Source: Eledone cirrhosa
Lineage: Eukaryota
Length of the DNA: 64,000 nt
Reading direction: 5' to 3'
NCBI GenBank assembly: GCA_964016885.1
Contig: OZ024743.1
Span: 182,714,001-182,778,000 of the forward strand
The translations under genes were made by a program, and so were the position numbers. The notes beneath the pieces are model-generated. The model made no database searches, was not told the DNA's origin, and worked only from the letters and a program-made list of their open reading frames with translations. Positions 63,301 through 64,000 of the stretch are shown one piece after another. The stretch's first letter is position 1, and every line of letters begins with the position of its first letter.

Positions 63301-64000
63301 GTCCTTCCTAACACCAACCACTTTCCAGTACTATCTACAGCTAGATGTCCTCCCTAACACCAACCACTTTACAGTACTATCTACAGCTAGATGTCCTCCC
63401 TAACATCAACCACTTTACAGTACTATTTACAGCTAGATGTCCTCCCTAACATCAACCACTTTACAGAACTATTTACAGCTAGATGTCCTTCCTAACATCA
63501 ACCACTTTACAGTACTATCTACAGCTAGATGTCCTTCCTAACACCAACTACTTTACAGTACTATCTACAGCTAGATGTCCTCCCTAACATCAACCACTTT
63601 ACAGTACTATTTACAGCTAGATGTCCTTCCTAACACCAACTACTTTACAGTACTATCTACAGCTAGATGTCCTTCCTAACACCAACCACATTACAATACT
63701 ATCTACAGCTAGATGTTCTTCCTAACATCAACCACTTTACAGTACTATCTACAGCTAGATGTCCTCCATAACACCAACCACATTACAGTACTATCTACAG
63801 CTAGATGTCCTCCCTAACATCAACCACATTACAGTACTATCTACAGCTAGATGTCCTTCCTAACACCAACCACTTTACAGTACTATTTACAGCTAGATGT
63901 CCTTCCTAACACCAACTACTTTACAGTACTATCTACAGCTAGATGTCCTTCCTGACATCAACCACTTTACAGTATTATTTACAGCTAGATGTCCTTCCTA
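57310..64000. repeat. 46-bp satellite (cagctagatgtccttcctaacaccaaccactttacagtactatcta)n, runs off the window
   Basis: About 145 copies, with higher-order duplications visible from rare variants. Confidence 0.97.

Noticed and set aside
57310-64000. CRISPR-like regular repeats (also 30.2, 43.8, 46.8 and 48.5 kb)
   Set aside because: These are head-to-tail tandem units with no unique spacers and no cas genes, in a eukaryotic context.

Overview
This is an AT-rich, microsatellite-dense animal genomic window. The repeat content resembles a cephalopod (octopus-like) genome, but that is my inference and was not verified. Bases 1-41.5 kb are a nested transposon pile-up in (TA)n/(TACA)n tracts. It contains a broken Helitron PIF1-like helicase, at least five Penelope-like element (PLE) insertions (Hydra-, Poseidon- and Neptune-like, RT + GIY-YIG), several non-autonomous pLTR pieces, about 13 type-I hammerhead ribozyme motifs, one CR1-group LINE with an intact ORF2, RTE LINE fragments, SINEs and MITEs. 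Bases 42.8-52.2 kb carry six minus-strand coding exons of a class II (plant PRS3/PRS4-like) ribose-phosphate pyrophosphokinase, and its 5' exons were not found in the window. Its introns hold several distinct minisatellites, a second decayed CR1 LINE and a >6.6 kb 46-bp satellite. The most notable observations are: (1) canonical in-phase -1 slippery heptamers at the AUG-less ORF1/ORF2 junctions of both CR1-group LINEs; (2) hammerheads with self-complementary loop 3 in many PLE families; (3) fold-back PLE palindromes with readable template-switch junctions; (4) two satellites derived from the RTE 3' UTR; and (5) an in-frame triplicated splice donor in the PRS gene.
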